Source: an uncultured beta proteobacterium
GTDB taxonomy: Bacteria; Pseudomonadota; Gammaproteobacteria; Burkholderiales; SG8-41
DNA: 64,000 nucleotides
Assembly (NCBI GenBank): GCA_963778865.1
Contig: CAVZWF010000005.1
Span: 144,233-208,232 of the forward strand
Reading direction: 5' to 3'
Positions 20,117 through 30,216 of the stretch are shown here, piece after piece (within the stretch, counting starts at the first letter, position 1; each line of letters opens with the position of its first letter). The notes under the pieces were generated by a model. It did not search any database, was not told the origin of the DNA, and was given only the letters and a program-made list of their open reading frames with translations. Made by a program: the position numbers and the translations under genes.

Positions 20117-20925
20117 TTCCTGAACCGCTGTTGGCCGGTGAACAGCAGATAGTGTTTGCCGGTCGCGCGCCCGAGCATCGTGATGTCGACTTTTTGCGCG
20201 ACCTCATAGCCCATTTGCGTGAGTCCCGAGCGCGAGACGAGAAACGGTATGCCCATTTGCGCGCACTTGATCACCATCTCGGAGGTCAGCCGGCCGGTGG
20301 TGTAAAAAATCTTGTCGCCGCCGTCGATGCCGTCGAGCCACATCTGTCCCGCGATCGCGTCGACCGCATTGTGGCGGCCGACATCTTCGACGAACATCAG
20401 GATTTCAGCGTCCCTGGCGAGCGCGCAGCCGTGCACCGCGCCCGCTTGTTTGTAGACCGTCTCGTGGCGCCGCACGCTGTCGATCAGACCGTAAAACGTC
20501 GCTTCGGTGAGGATCGCGTCGGCGGGCAGCCTGATGGATTCGATTTCATCCATCAGCGCGCCGAATACCGTGCCCTGGCCGCAGCCGGTGGTGACGGTGC
20601 GTTTTTCCATGCGGCCGTCGAGATCCGCGATGCCGTTGCGCGTGGTCACCGCGACCGCATTGACGTCCCAGTCCACCTGCACCGCCAGAATTTCCTCGAG
20701 GCTGGCGACGAGGCGCTGATTGCGCAGATAGCCGATCGCGAGCGCTTCGGGCGCCGCGCCCAGCGTCATGAGCGTGACGATTTCGCGCTTGTCGACGTAG
20801 AGCGTCAGCGGATGCTCGCCCGCGATTTCGGTGGGCAGCGTTTCGCCGCGCTCGTTGCGCGCTTCGACCGTGAAAGTCAGCGGACGCGTCGCGTGGCTGA
20901 TTTGCGGACGGTAGCGTTGGTCCAT
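20113..20925 (-). CDS. fdhD: Formate dehydrogenase accessory sulfurtransferase FdhD (intact)
   Basis: ORF 20113..20988, most likely starting at MDQRYRPQ (ATG 20925). HNAVDAIAG and TSEMVIKCAQMGIP are family-typical. Confidence 0.9.
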   Translation of the reverse strand: MDQRYRPQISHATRPLTFTVEARNERGETLPTEIAGEHPLTLYVDKREIVTLMTLGAAPEALAIGYLRNQRLVASLEEILAVQVDWDVNAVAVTTRNGIADLDGRMEKRTVTTGCGQGTVFGALMDEIESIRLPADAILTEATFYGLIDSVRRHETVYKQAGAVHGCALARDAEILMFVEDVGRHNAVDAIAGQMWLDGIDGGDKIFYTTGRLTSEMVIKCAQMGIPFLVSRSGLTQMGYEVAQKVDITMLGRATGKHYLLFTGQQRFRK

Positions 20926-20928
20926 TTT

Positions 20929-21004
20929 GAGTGAGGAGTAAGGCGAGAGGATGAGGGGTAAGGGCTCTAAATCCATCTCACCCCTCACTCCTCACACCTC
21001 ACCC
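20929..21004. repeat. Intercistronic inverted repeat with heptamer-periodic purine arms (GTGAGGA GTAAGGC GAGAGGA TGAGGGG TAAGGG ... CATCTCA CCCCTCA CTCCTCA CACCTCA CCC)
   Basis: Seen directly between the moaA stop (20999..21001) and the fdhD start (20925). Arms are roughly two-thirds complementary. Confidence 0.5.
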
Positions 21005-22040
21005 GCCAATGTACGACATCTCAACTTTGTGCAGCTTGACCGTTTCCGCGGTGCGAATTTCCGAATAGCGGTCGTCGCGCTTGCGCCATACCGCGGCAAT
21101 CGCGGCGGAAATTTCGTCGTCGACGGCGCCGCCGCGCAAGAGCGGCTTGAGCGCGTGACCGGCGGTCGCAAAGAGACAGGTGTAGAGCCTGCCTTCGGTC
21201 GACAATCGCGCGCGCGTGCAGTCGCGGCAGAACGCCTGCGTGACCGAGGCGATCACGCCGATTTCGCCGCTGCCGTCGCGATAGCGCCAGCGCTCGGCAA
21301 CTTCGCCCCGATAGTTGGGGTCGCATTGTTCGAGCGGCGCCTCGGCGTTGATCAGGGCGACGATTTCTTTGGCGGTCACCACGTCGTCCATGCGCCAGCC
21401 GTTGGTGTGGCCGACGTCCATGTACTCGATGAAGCGCAGGATATGGCCGCTGCCGCGGAAGTGGCGCGCCATCGCGGCAACGCTCGCGTCATTGACGCCG
21501 CGCTTGACCACCATGTTGATTTTGATCGGCGCGAGACCGGCCGCCGCGGCGGCATCGATGCCGTCGAGTACCCGGCGTGACGGGGAAATCGACGTCGTTC
21601 ATTTTCATGAACACCGCGTCGTCGAGCGAATCGAGGCTCACGGTGATGCGTTTGAGTCCCGCCGCCTTGAGCGCGCGCGCTTTTTTGGCGAGCAGCGAGC
21701 CGTTGGTGGTCAGCGTCAGGTCGAGACCGGGGATCGCGGCCAGAAGCTCGATCAGGCGTTCGAGATTGCGGCGCACCAGCGGCTCGCCGCCGGTGAGACG
21801 GATTTTTTCGATGCCGTGGCGCGTGAAGATGCGCGCCAGCCGCGCGATTTCCTCGAACGTCAGGAGTTCCTTGTGTTCGAGGAACTGGTAGTCCTTGCCG
21901 AACACCTCCTTCGGCATGCAATAGACGCAGCGGAAGTTGCAGCGGTCGGTCACCGAGATGCGCAGATCGCGCAGCGGCCGGCCCCGCCGGTCGGCGACCT
22001 GGGGTGATTCGCTGCTGCCGGTAACTACCGGATCGTTCAA
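20999..22040 (-). CDS. moaA: GTP 3',8-cyclase (radical SAM), one frameshift near 21590
   Basis: ORFs 21489..22148 ([16 protein letters not shown]) and 20999..21514. Proposed TTG start at 22040, preceded by GGAG. Confidence 0.85.
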
Positions 22041-22055
22041 GGCTGCTCCGCGTAA

Positions 22056-22117
22056 GGTGGTGTAGCGCCCCTGCGCGCGCAGGGGAGACGGATTATGACA
22101 AAAGAACTCGCTCCACC
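22056..22117. promoter_or_regulatory. Structured element in the divergent moaA / FDH-operon leader (candidate Moco riboswitch, strand unresolved)
   Basis: GGTGG-tgt-AGCG pairs with CGCT-CCACC. This encloses a perfect 18-nt palindrome CCCCTGCGCGCGCAGGGG (22068..22085) and an A-rich single strand. Confidence 0.3.
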
Positions 22118-22204
22118 GCAAGGAAAACACTATTGATAAATCAACCATTTGGCCGGTGCGCGCGGATTGAATTCCCGCGCTTGCAGGCGCACAATCGCCA
22201 CCCT

Positions 22205-22708
22205 ATGGATGACCATCAATCCGACCGTCACCGTGCATGCCCGGTGGCGGTCATCATGGAATGCACGACGCTGGCCGACAACCGCTGGCAGACTGCGCAG
22301 TGGGAAGCCAGCGGGCGTAGTGCGCGACACGGCGCCGCGCGGCGCCGCCGAGCAAGTGATCGTACGCGACGAAAAGCGCACGCGGATCGTATTCTCCGGG
22401 GCATCAGATACGGCTGCTATCGCGACGAAGCGGAAGGCTATCTGCTCAACATCACCTCGCCGCAGCCCAAGGTCTTCGTGTTGTGGCGCATGGACGACGA
22501 GGTCGCGCGACCGCAGCGCGTGACCGTCAGTTATCACGAAGGCGCGCGCTGGATGGACAGCGACGAACGGGTGGACGGCGTGCCGCTGCCCGCGGAACTC
22601 GTGCCATGGATACGCGAATTCGCAACGCGGCATTACACGCCCGAGGTGAAGAAGGCGAAACGCTACGCGAGCAACAAGGACAAGGGCCGCATGGGCCGGT
22701 TCGAGTGA
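22205..22708 (+). CDS. DUF3305 family protein, two compensating frameshifts
   Basis: ORF 22133..22708, with the middle in ORF 22149..22523. AVIMECTTLADNRWQTAQWEASGV...YRDEAEGYLLNITSPQPKVFVLWRM resembles DUF3305 proteins found next to FDH genes (from memory). Confidence 0.7.
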   Translation: MDDHQSDRHRACPVAVIMECTTLADNRWQTAQWEASGRSARHGAARRRRASDRTRRKAHADRILRGIRYGCYRDEAEGYLLNITSPQPKVFVLWRMDDEVARPQRVTVSYHEGARWMDSDERVDGVPLPAELVPWIREFATRHYTPEVKKAKRYASNKDKGRMGRFE

Positions 22709-22712
22709 GCGC

Positions 22713-23282
22713 ATGGACGACGATCCGAAAAGAAATCCGCCGATAGCCGAGTTTCTGTCGCGCTGGTCGCGCCTGAAGCAGCAGGCGCGCGAAGAACCGC
22801 CGGTCGCGCAAGCCGGCGGTCGATGCGACGGCGCCGCTCCCCGGATTGCCGCCGGTCGACGAACTGACGCTGGAATCGGATTTCAGCGGATTTTTGCATC
22901 CCAAGGTGGACGCGGATCTGCGGCGCGCTGCGCTCAAGAAATTATTCAGCGACCCGCATTTCAATGTCATGGACGGCCTCGATACTTACGTGGACGATTA
23001 TTCGCAGCCGAACGTGCTGCCGGCGGCCGTCGCTCGCCGGCTTGCGGCAGGCGCAGAACATTCTCGCTTGGGCGAAAGAAACCAAAGAGGAAACTGCGGC
23101 GCGGTTCGCGCAGCCGCCGGTTGAGCACGCGGAATCCGCGCCAACGGATTCGGCGGCGCTGCCGGCAGGGCGAAACCGCGCAGCCGCCGGCGATCGAACC
23201 GGCCGCGGACGTCGCATCCGAAGAAAGCCGCGCAGCGGCGGACGTGACACCGGCGGCCGGCGCTGCCGAGCGGAAGTCATAG
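22713..23282 (+). CDS. DUF3306 family protein, about three frameshifts
   Basis: ORFs 22713.., 22846..23124 (LESDFSGFLHPKVDADLRRAALKKLFSDPHFNVMDGLDTYVDDYS) and 22964... Confidence 0.7.
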   Translation: MDDDPKRNPPIAEFLSRWSRLKQQAREEPPVAQAGGRCDGAAPRIAAGRRTDAGIGFQRIFASQGGRGSAARCAQEIIQRPAFQCHGRPRYLRGRLFAAERAAGGRRSPACGRRRTFSLGRKKPKRKLRRGSRSRRLSTRNPRQRIRRRCRQGETAQPPAIEPAADVASEESRAAADVTPAAGAAERKS

Positions 23283-23353
23283 CATCCACCGGACGATTTG
23301 GTTAGTATCGTCGCTCCTTAATCGCCGCGGCGTCTTTCGATCTCGCCTATTCC

Positions 23354-25436
23354 ATGACCGAGCCACGTCATAAACTGCTGTTGTGCAATTGCAACCGCAC
23401 CATGCAGTTCGACGGCAAATCCGTGGCCGGTGCGCTGGGACTTGGCGCCGGCCCGCATATTCACAGCGAACTATGCCGCCGGCACGTTGCCGCATTCGAA
23501 GCGGCGGCCAAAAGCGGCGACGACTTGCTCGTTGCCTGCACGCAGGAAGCGCCGCTTTTTCGCGAATTGCATGAACAATTCCAGGCCGCGGGCGGCATTC
23601 GTTTCGCCAATATCCGCGAGACCGCGGGCTGGTCTGCCGATAGCAGCCGCGGCCGCGCCGAAAATTGCAGCGTTGCTGGCGGTAGCGGATTTGCCGGCGC
23701 CCGAGCCGGTGCCGGTGGTGTCCTACCAGTCGCACGGTCAGCTGCTGATCATCGGCCAGGCGGAAGCCGCGCTGCAGTGGGCCGACAGTCTGGCCGGGCA
23801 ATTGCAGGTCAGCGTATTGATCGCAAGCGGCGGCGGCCGCGCCGATTTGCCGCTCGAGCGCCGCTATCCGGTGTATTCCGGACGCAACGTCAAGGCTCGC
23901 CGGTTATCTGGGCGCGTTCGAGGTCGCGTGGGAGCAGGACAATCCGATCGATCTCGAGGCCTGCACGCGCTGCAATGCGTGCATTACGGCGTGCCCCGAG
24001 CACGCGATCGATTACAGCTACCAGATCGATCTCGACAAATGCAAGGCGCACCGGCAATGCGTGAAGGCGTGCGGCGAGGTGCGCGCGATCGATTTCGAGC
24101 GCGGCGAGCGTGCGCGCAGCGAGCGGTTCGACCTGGTGCTCGACTTGTCCGCGGAACCGCTGATCAGGCTGCACCAGCCGCCGCAGGGCTATTTCGCGCC
24201 GGGGCGCGATCCGCTCGCGCAGGCCGAGGCCGCGCGCGAGCTCGCGGGCATGACCGGCGAATTCGAGAAGCCGAAATTCTTCGTCTACCGGGAAAAAATC
24301 TGCGCGCACAGCCGGTCGGAAATCACCGGCTGCACGCAATGCATCGATATCTGTTCGACGGCGGCGATCAGCGCCGACGGCGATTACGTCAAGGTCGAAC
24401 CGCATCTGTGCATGGGCTGCGGCGCGTGCGCCAGCGTGTGTCCGTCCGGCGCGATGACTTACGCGTATCCGCGCGTGGCCGACCTTGGGCATGCGCCTGA
24501 AAACGCTGCTGGGCACGTATACGAAGGCAGGCGGGAAGCAGGCCTGCGTGCTTTTTCACAACGCGACCGACGGCCGCGATCTCGTCATGCGGCTGGGCCG
24601 GCGCGGCAAGGGTTTGCCGGCGCGGGTCATCCCGCTCGAAACATTTCATGTTGCGTCGCTTGGCATCGACACCTTGCTGGGCGCAATCGCGTACGGCGCG
24701 GCGCAGGTGGTGGTGGTCAGTGCGGGAAGCGAGGCGCCGGAGTATCTGCTGTCGCTTCAGCGCGAAATCGGCTATGCGCAGCAAATCCTGACGGCGCTCG
24801 GCTATGGCGACCGTCATTTCACGCTGATCGAAGCCCGCGACAGTCCCGCGCTGGAAGCTGCAATCTGGGGGCTGGCTGCCGCGCCGCTGGCGCCGCCGGT
24901 TGCCGCGTTCAATCTGTCGAACGAAAAGCGCACGACGCTCGATTTTATTTTCGAGCACTTGCTTAAAGCGGCGCCAGCGCCGCAGGACGAGATCACGCTC
25001 GCGCCGGGCGCGCCTTTCGGCGAGGTCGTTGTCGACAACGACGAAGTGCACGTTGTGCATGGCGTGCGTTGGCGCGTGTCCGGAAGGCGCGTTGCTCGAT
25101 TCGAAAGAGCGGCCGCAGCTGAAGTTCATCGAACGCAATTGCGTGCAATGCGGGTTGTGCGCGAAAACCTGTCCGGAGGACGCGATCACGCTCAATCCGC
25201 GCTTGCTGCTCGCCAAGCAGGCCAAGGCGGAAACCGTGCTGAACGAGGCCGAAATATTCGCCTGCATCAAATGCGGCAAGCCGTTTGCGACCAAGCAGAT
25301 GATAGACAACATGCTGGGCCGGCTCAGCGCCCACTCCATGTTCAGCGAGGCGGGGGCGCTGGAGCGCCTGAAAATGTGCGCGGATTGCCGCGTGATCGAC
25401 CTTATGCAGCAATGCCGAACACGGCTCGATCCATGA
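23354..25436 (+). CDS. Large multi-cluster 4Fe-4S ferredoxin-domain protein (about 690 aa), at least four frameshifts
   Basis: ORFs 23354.., 23430.., 24061.., 24485.. and 24900..25436. Several CxxCxxCxxxCP motifs (CTRCNACITACP, CMGCGACASVCP, CTLCMACVGACP, CVQCGLCAKTCP). Confidence 0.8.
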
Positions 25437-25443
25437 TCTCAAA

Positions 25444-26091
25444 TGAGTGATGATGCGCCGCACCAAATCCCATGCTGACGTTGTGGATTTGACGTGATCC
25501 GGAGGAAAGCGCGCGCGCCGAAGTTTATGCGCTGCTCAGCAGCCTTTTTTATCGAGCCGCCTACGAAAGAATTGCTGCGCGTTATTGCAACCGGTTCCGT
25601 CATATGCAATGATGAACCAGTTTCCGACTTCTGCCGGGCGTGGCGTGCGTTGCAGCAAGCCGCCGCGCAGAGCAGACGCAGAGGCGGTGAAGGAGGAGTT
25701 CGATGCGGCGTTTATCGGGACGGGACGGCAACCGGTAATGTTGTATGGCTCGTTTTACGTAGGCGGGATTCTTGCACGAGAAGCCGCTGGCGATATTTGC
25801 GCGATGATCTCACGAAGATGGGATTTGCGCGGCGCGGCGACCGTCATGAATCGGAGGATCATGTGTCAGCGCTGTGCGATGTGATGCGCATCATGATTAC
25901 GGGCGACGGCGACACCTCGCCCGCCGCGCTTGAATTGCAGCGCGATTTTTTCCGCCGCCATATCGCGCCTTGGTACGCACAACTCTGTGCGGCCATCATC
26001 GGCGCCAACCAAACCGGTTTCTACAAGCACGTCGCGCATGTTCATGCGCGAATTTTTTGCCATCGAGAATGCAGCCTTTGAAATGACCTGA
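25444..26091 (+). CDS. TorD/DmsD-family redox-enzyme maturation chaperone, several frameshifts; start uncertain
   Basis: ORF 25494..26081 and shifted frames read EVYALLSSLFYRA...EDHVSALCDVMRIMI...FFRRHIAPWYAQLCAAI...FMREFFAIENAAFEMT (stop 26089..26091). Confidence 0.65.
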
Positions 26092-26110
26092 GTCGATCGA
26101 GGAGCGAGCC

Positions 26111-26305
26111 ATGACGACGAAACCCGGTTCCAGCCGCAGAAAATTTCTGGCCACGCTCGGCGTGGGCGGCGCCGCCGCCGCGACTGTTGCGCTTACCCGG
26201 CAGGGTGCCGAGCCCGCACGCGCGACCGAGGCCGCCGCGCCGCAGGGCAAGGGCTATCAGCTCACGGAACACGTGCGCAACTACTACCGTACCGCCAAAG
26301 TTTAA
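26111..26305 (+). CDS. Formate dehydrogenase region Tat-signal small protein (64 aa, intact)
   Basis: SRRKFLATLGVGGAAAA twin-arginine motif. Position immediately upstream of fdhA is typical of this small family. Confidence 0.75.
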   Translation: MTTKPGSSRRKFLATLGVGGAAAATVALTRQGAEPARATEAAAPQGKGYQLTEHVRNYYRTAKV

Positions 26306-26323
26306 TCCGCCGGAGACGCCATC

Positions 26324-29319
26324 ATGTTATTGACCAGAAAAGCGAGCACCGCCGCGACGCCTGCCAGCCGCTTGAGCCGCAATGTCGCGGGTTATCTCGG
26401 CAATACGCATAGACCGCCGCGCGTTCCTCAAACGCTCGGGTCTCGCGGTGGGCGCGGGTGCCGCGGTGAGCCAGCTGCCGTTCTCGATGATGGGCAAGGC
26501 GAAGGCGGCCGACAAGACGGAGGGCGCCAAACTCGAGGTCAAGCGCACGGTCTGCACGCATTGTTCGGTGGGCTGCGCGATCGACGCCGTGGTGCAGAAC
26601 GGCGTGTGGATACGCCAGGAGCCGGTGTTCGATTCGCCGATCAATCTCGGCGCGCACTGCGCCAAAGGCGCTTCCATACGCGAGCACGGCCACGGCGAGC
26701 ACCGCTTGAAATACCCGATGAAGCTCGTCGACGGCAAGTGGAAGACGCATCACCTGGGACGATGCGTTGAAAGAGGTCAGCGAAAAGCTGCTGGCGATCA
26801 AGAAGGAAAGCGGGCCGGACGCGACGTTCTGGATCGGTTCCAGCAAGCACAACAACGAGCAGTCGTATCTCTTCCGCAAGTTCGTGTCGTTCTTCGGCAC
26901 CAACAACATGGACCACCAGGCGCGCATCTGCCATTCGACGACGGTCGCGGGGGTTGCGAACACCTGGGGCTATGGCGCGATGACCAACTCGTACAACGAC
27001 GAGCAGAATTCGAAGTGCATCCTGTTCTTCGGCAGCAACGCGGCGGAAGCGCACCCGGTGTCGATGCTGCACACGCTGCATGCCAAGGAGAACGGCGCCA
27101 AGGTGATCTGTGTCGATCCGCGCTTCACGCGCACCGCGGCCAAGGCGGACAAGTACTACCGCATACGTTCGGGCGCTGACGTCGCGTTCCTGATGGGCAT
27201 GCTGCACCACATATTCAAGAACGGCTGGGAAGACAAGGATTACATCAAGGCCCGCGTTTACGGCATGGACAAGGTCAGGGACGAAGCCGCCAAGTGGACG
27301 CCCGACAAGGTCGAGGAAGTCACCGGCATGAAGGAAGCGGAAGTGCGCGACGTGGCGGAGACGATGGCCAAGAACCGTCCGAGCACCATCGTGTGGGCGA
27401 TGGGCCAGACGCAGCACACCAACGGCAACGCGATCGTGCGCGCGAGTTGCATTCTGCAGCTGGCGCTCGGCAATGTCGGCGTGGCGGGCGGCGGCTGCAA
27501 CATCTACCGCGGCCACGACAACGTGCAGGGCGCGACCGACGTCGGGCCCAATCCGGACTCGCTGCCGGGTTATTACGGCCTGCTGCCGGGATCGTGGGCG
27601 CACTTCGCGCGCGCGTGGGGTGTCGATCTCGACTGGATCAAGAAACAGTTCGCGACGCCGGCGATGATGGAAAAACCGGGCATTACGGTGTCGCGCTGGA
27701 TCGACGCCGTGCTCGAGAAAAACGAGAGCCTCGACCAGGATTCGAATCTGCGCGCGGTGGTGTACTGGGGGCACGCGCCCAACAGCCAGACACGCGGCGT
27801 GGAGATGCAGGCTGCGATGCACGCGCTCGATCTGCTCGTGGTGGTGGATCCGTATCCGTCGGCGACGGCGGCGATGACGGCGTTGCCGTTGAGCGAGCAG
27901 GCGCAGAAGATACTCAAGGACGCCGGCAAGGAGCCCGCCAAGAACCGCACCGTGTACCTGCTGCCGGCCGCGACCCAGCTCGAATGCGCGGGCTCGGTGA
28001 CCGCATCGAACCGCTCGATCCAGTGGCGCGAAAAAGTGATCGAGCCGATGTTCGAGTCGCGCACCGATCACATGATCATGTATCAACTGGCGCAGAAATT
28101 CGGTTTCGCCGACCAACTCGTCGGCAAGCAGGCCGACGGCAAGCAAAAGATCAAGCTCGTCAAGGGCAAGGGCGGGATGGACGAGCCCGACGTCGAGGAT
28201 GTGCTGCGCGAAATCAACCGCAGCGTGTGGACGATAGGCTACACCGGGCACTCGCCGGAGCGGCTGCAGGCGCACATGCGCAACATGCACGTGTTCGACA
28301 TCAAGACGCTGCGCGCCAAAGGCGGCAAGGACGCCAAGACCGGCTACGTGCTCGACGGCGATTACTTCGGCCTGCCGTGGCCGTGCTACGGCACGCCGGA
28401 ATTGAAGCATCCGGGTTCGCCGGTGCTCTACAACACGGAACTGAACATGATGGACGGCGGCGGAAATTTCCGCGCCAATTTCGGCGTCGAGCGCGAAGGC
28501 GTCAACCTGCTCGCGGAAGACGGCTCGTGTTCAAAGGGTGCGGACCTCGCGACCGGCTATCCGGAGTTCGACCACGTGCTGCTGAAAAAACTCGGCTGGT
28601 GGGACGAGTTGACCGAGGACGAGAAAAAGGCGGCCGAAGGCAAGAACTGGAAGACCGATTCGTCGGGCGGCATCATCCGCGTGGCGATGAAGAATCACGG
28701 CTGCCATCCGTTCGGCAACGCCAAGGCGCGCGCGCTGGTGTGGAATTTCCCGGATGCGGTGCCGTTGCATCGCGAGCCGCTGTTCAGCCCGCGGCCGGAT
28801 CTGGTGGAAAAATATCCGACGCACGACGATCAGAAAAACCGCTGGCGCATGCCGGTGTTGTTCAAGACCGTGCAGCAGGCGAACAAGGACGCAGTCAAGC
28901 AGTATCCGCTGATCATGACCAGCGGACGCCTGGTCGAGTACGAGGGCGGCGGCGAGGAGACGCGTTCCAACCCGTGGCTGGCCGAACTGCAGCAGGAAAT
29001 GTTCGTCGAGATCAATCCCAAGGACGCCAACGACCGCGGCCTGAAGAACGACGAATACGTGTGGGTCGAGACGCCGACCAAGGCGCGCCTCAAGGTCAAG
29101 ACGCAGGTGACCGAGCGTGTCGCCTCGGGCACGGTCTTCCTGCCGTTCCACTTTTCGGGGTGGTTCCAGGGCAAGGACCTGCTCGACCAATACCCGGAGG
29201 GCGCGGCGCCCATCGTGCGCGGCGAGGCGATCAATACCGCGACCACCTACGGTTACGACATCGTGACCATGATGCAGGAAACGAAGACCACGCTGTGCCA
29301 GATCAGCAAAGCGGCATAA
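26324..29319 (+). CDS. fdhA: Periplasmic formate dehydrogenase catalytic (Mo/W-bisPGD) subunit, Cys-type; two frameshifts near the 5' end
   Basis: ORFs 26324.., 26382..27179 (RRAFLKRSGL Tat signal; CTHCSVGC Fe-S motif) and 26767..29319 (850 aa intact; QARICHSTTVAG active-site Cys at 26929..26931). Confidence 0.9.
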
Positions 29320-29346
29320 CGATAACGAGAGCCGAGGAGTCTAGCC

Positions 29347-29970
29347 ATGGCAAGAATGAAATTCCTGTGTGACGCCGAGCGTTGTATCGAGTGCAATGGT
29401 TGCGTGACCGCCTGCAAGAGCGAGCATGACATACCGTGGGGCGTGAATCGCCGCCGCGTGGTGACGTTGAACGACGGCGTGCCCGGTGAGAAGTCGATTT
29501 CGGTCGCGTGCATGCACTGTTCGGACGCGCCGTGCATGGCCGTATGCCCGGTCGATTGCTTCTACAAGACCTCCGAGGGCGTGGTGCTGCACGACAAGGA
29601 CCTGTGCATCGGCTGCGGATATTGCTTCTACGCGTGCCCGTTCGGCGCGCCGCAGTTTCCGCAGGACGGTGCGTTCGGCCTGCGCGGCAAGATGGACAAG
29701 TGCACGTTCTGCGCCGGCGGTCCGGAGGCGGACAATTCGGAGGCGGAATACAAGAAATACGGACGCAACCGCCTCGCCGAAGGCAAACTGCCGGCGTGCG
29801 CCGAAATGTGCTCGACCAAGGCTTTGCTCGGCGGCGACGCCGACGTCATTTCGGACATTTACCGCAATCGCGTGTTGAAGCGCGGCAAGGGCTCGGAAAT
29901 CTGGGGCTGGGGCACGGCTTACGGCAAGCCCGACGACAAGCCCGCAGCGACGCCGGGAGCGAAATCATGA
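29347..29970 (+). CDS. fdhB: Formate dehydrogenase iron-sulfur subunit (intact)
   Basis: 207-aa ORF with CIECNGCVTAC, CMHCSDAPCMAVCP, CIGCGYCFYACP and CTFC motifs. Confidence 0.9.
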   Translation: MARMKFLCDAERCIECNGCVTACKSEHDIPWGVNRRRVVTLNDGVPGEKSISVACMHCSDAPCMAVCPVDCFYKTSEGVVLHDKDLCIGCGYCFYACPFGAPQFPQDGAFGLRGKMDKCTFCAGGPEADNSEAEYKKYGRNRLAEGKLPACAEMCSTKALLGGDADVISDIYRNRVLKRGKGSEIWGWGTAYGKPDDKPAATPGAKS

Positions 29971-30202
29971 CGGGCCGCCGCATCGCGTTGACGGTGGCGG
30001 GCTGCACGCTCGCGTTTTTGCTGTCGGCGTGCAGCGATAAACCCGTGGTCTACAAGCAGGGGCAATACCAGGGCAAGGAAGACTCTAAGCCGTGGAACAA
30101 CCGCCAGTTCAACGGCAACCAGGTCGAGTGGGAAAAAGCGATCAAGGCGCGCAATCAGGGCCAGGACGAGTATTCGCGCAGCGCTGGCGAGCGCGCAAAT
30201 AA
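29967..30202 (+). CDS. Small lipoprotein (lipobox LLSAC), end approximate
   Basis: MTGRRIALTVAGCTLAFLLSACSDKPVVYKQGQYQGKEDSKPWNN. Its ATG overlaps the fdhB TGA (ATGA). The likely stop TAA 30200..30202 requires a frame correction. Confidence 0.5.
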
Positions 30203-30216
30203 GGGGAACCGGACAC

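Noticed and set aside
22133-22144. TTGAT-AA-ATCAA palindrome considered as a second FNR box in front of the FDH operon
   Set aside because: The spacer is 2 nt instead of 4, so the half-sites are out of register for FNR/CRP-family dimers. It remains an unexplained dyad overlapping the TTG that opens ORF 22133.
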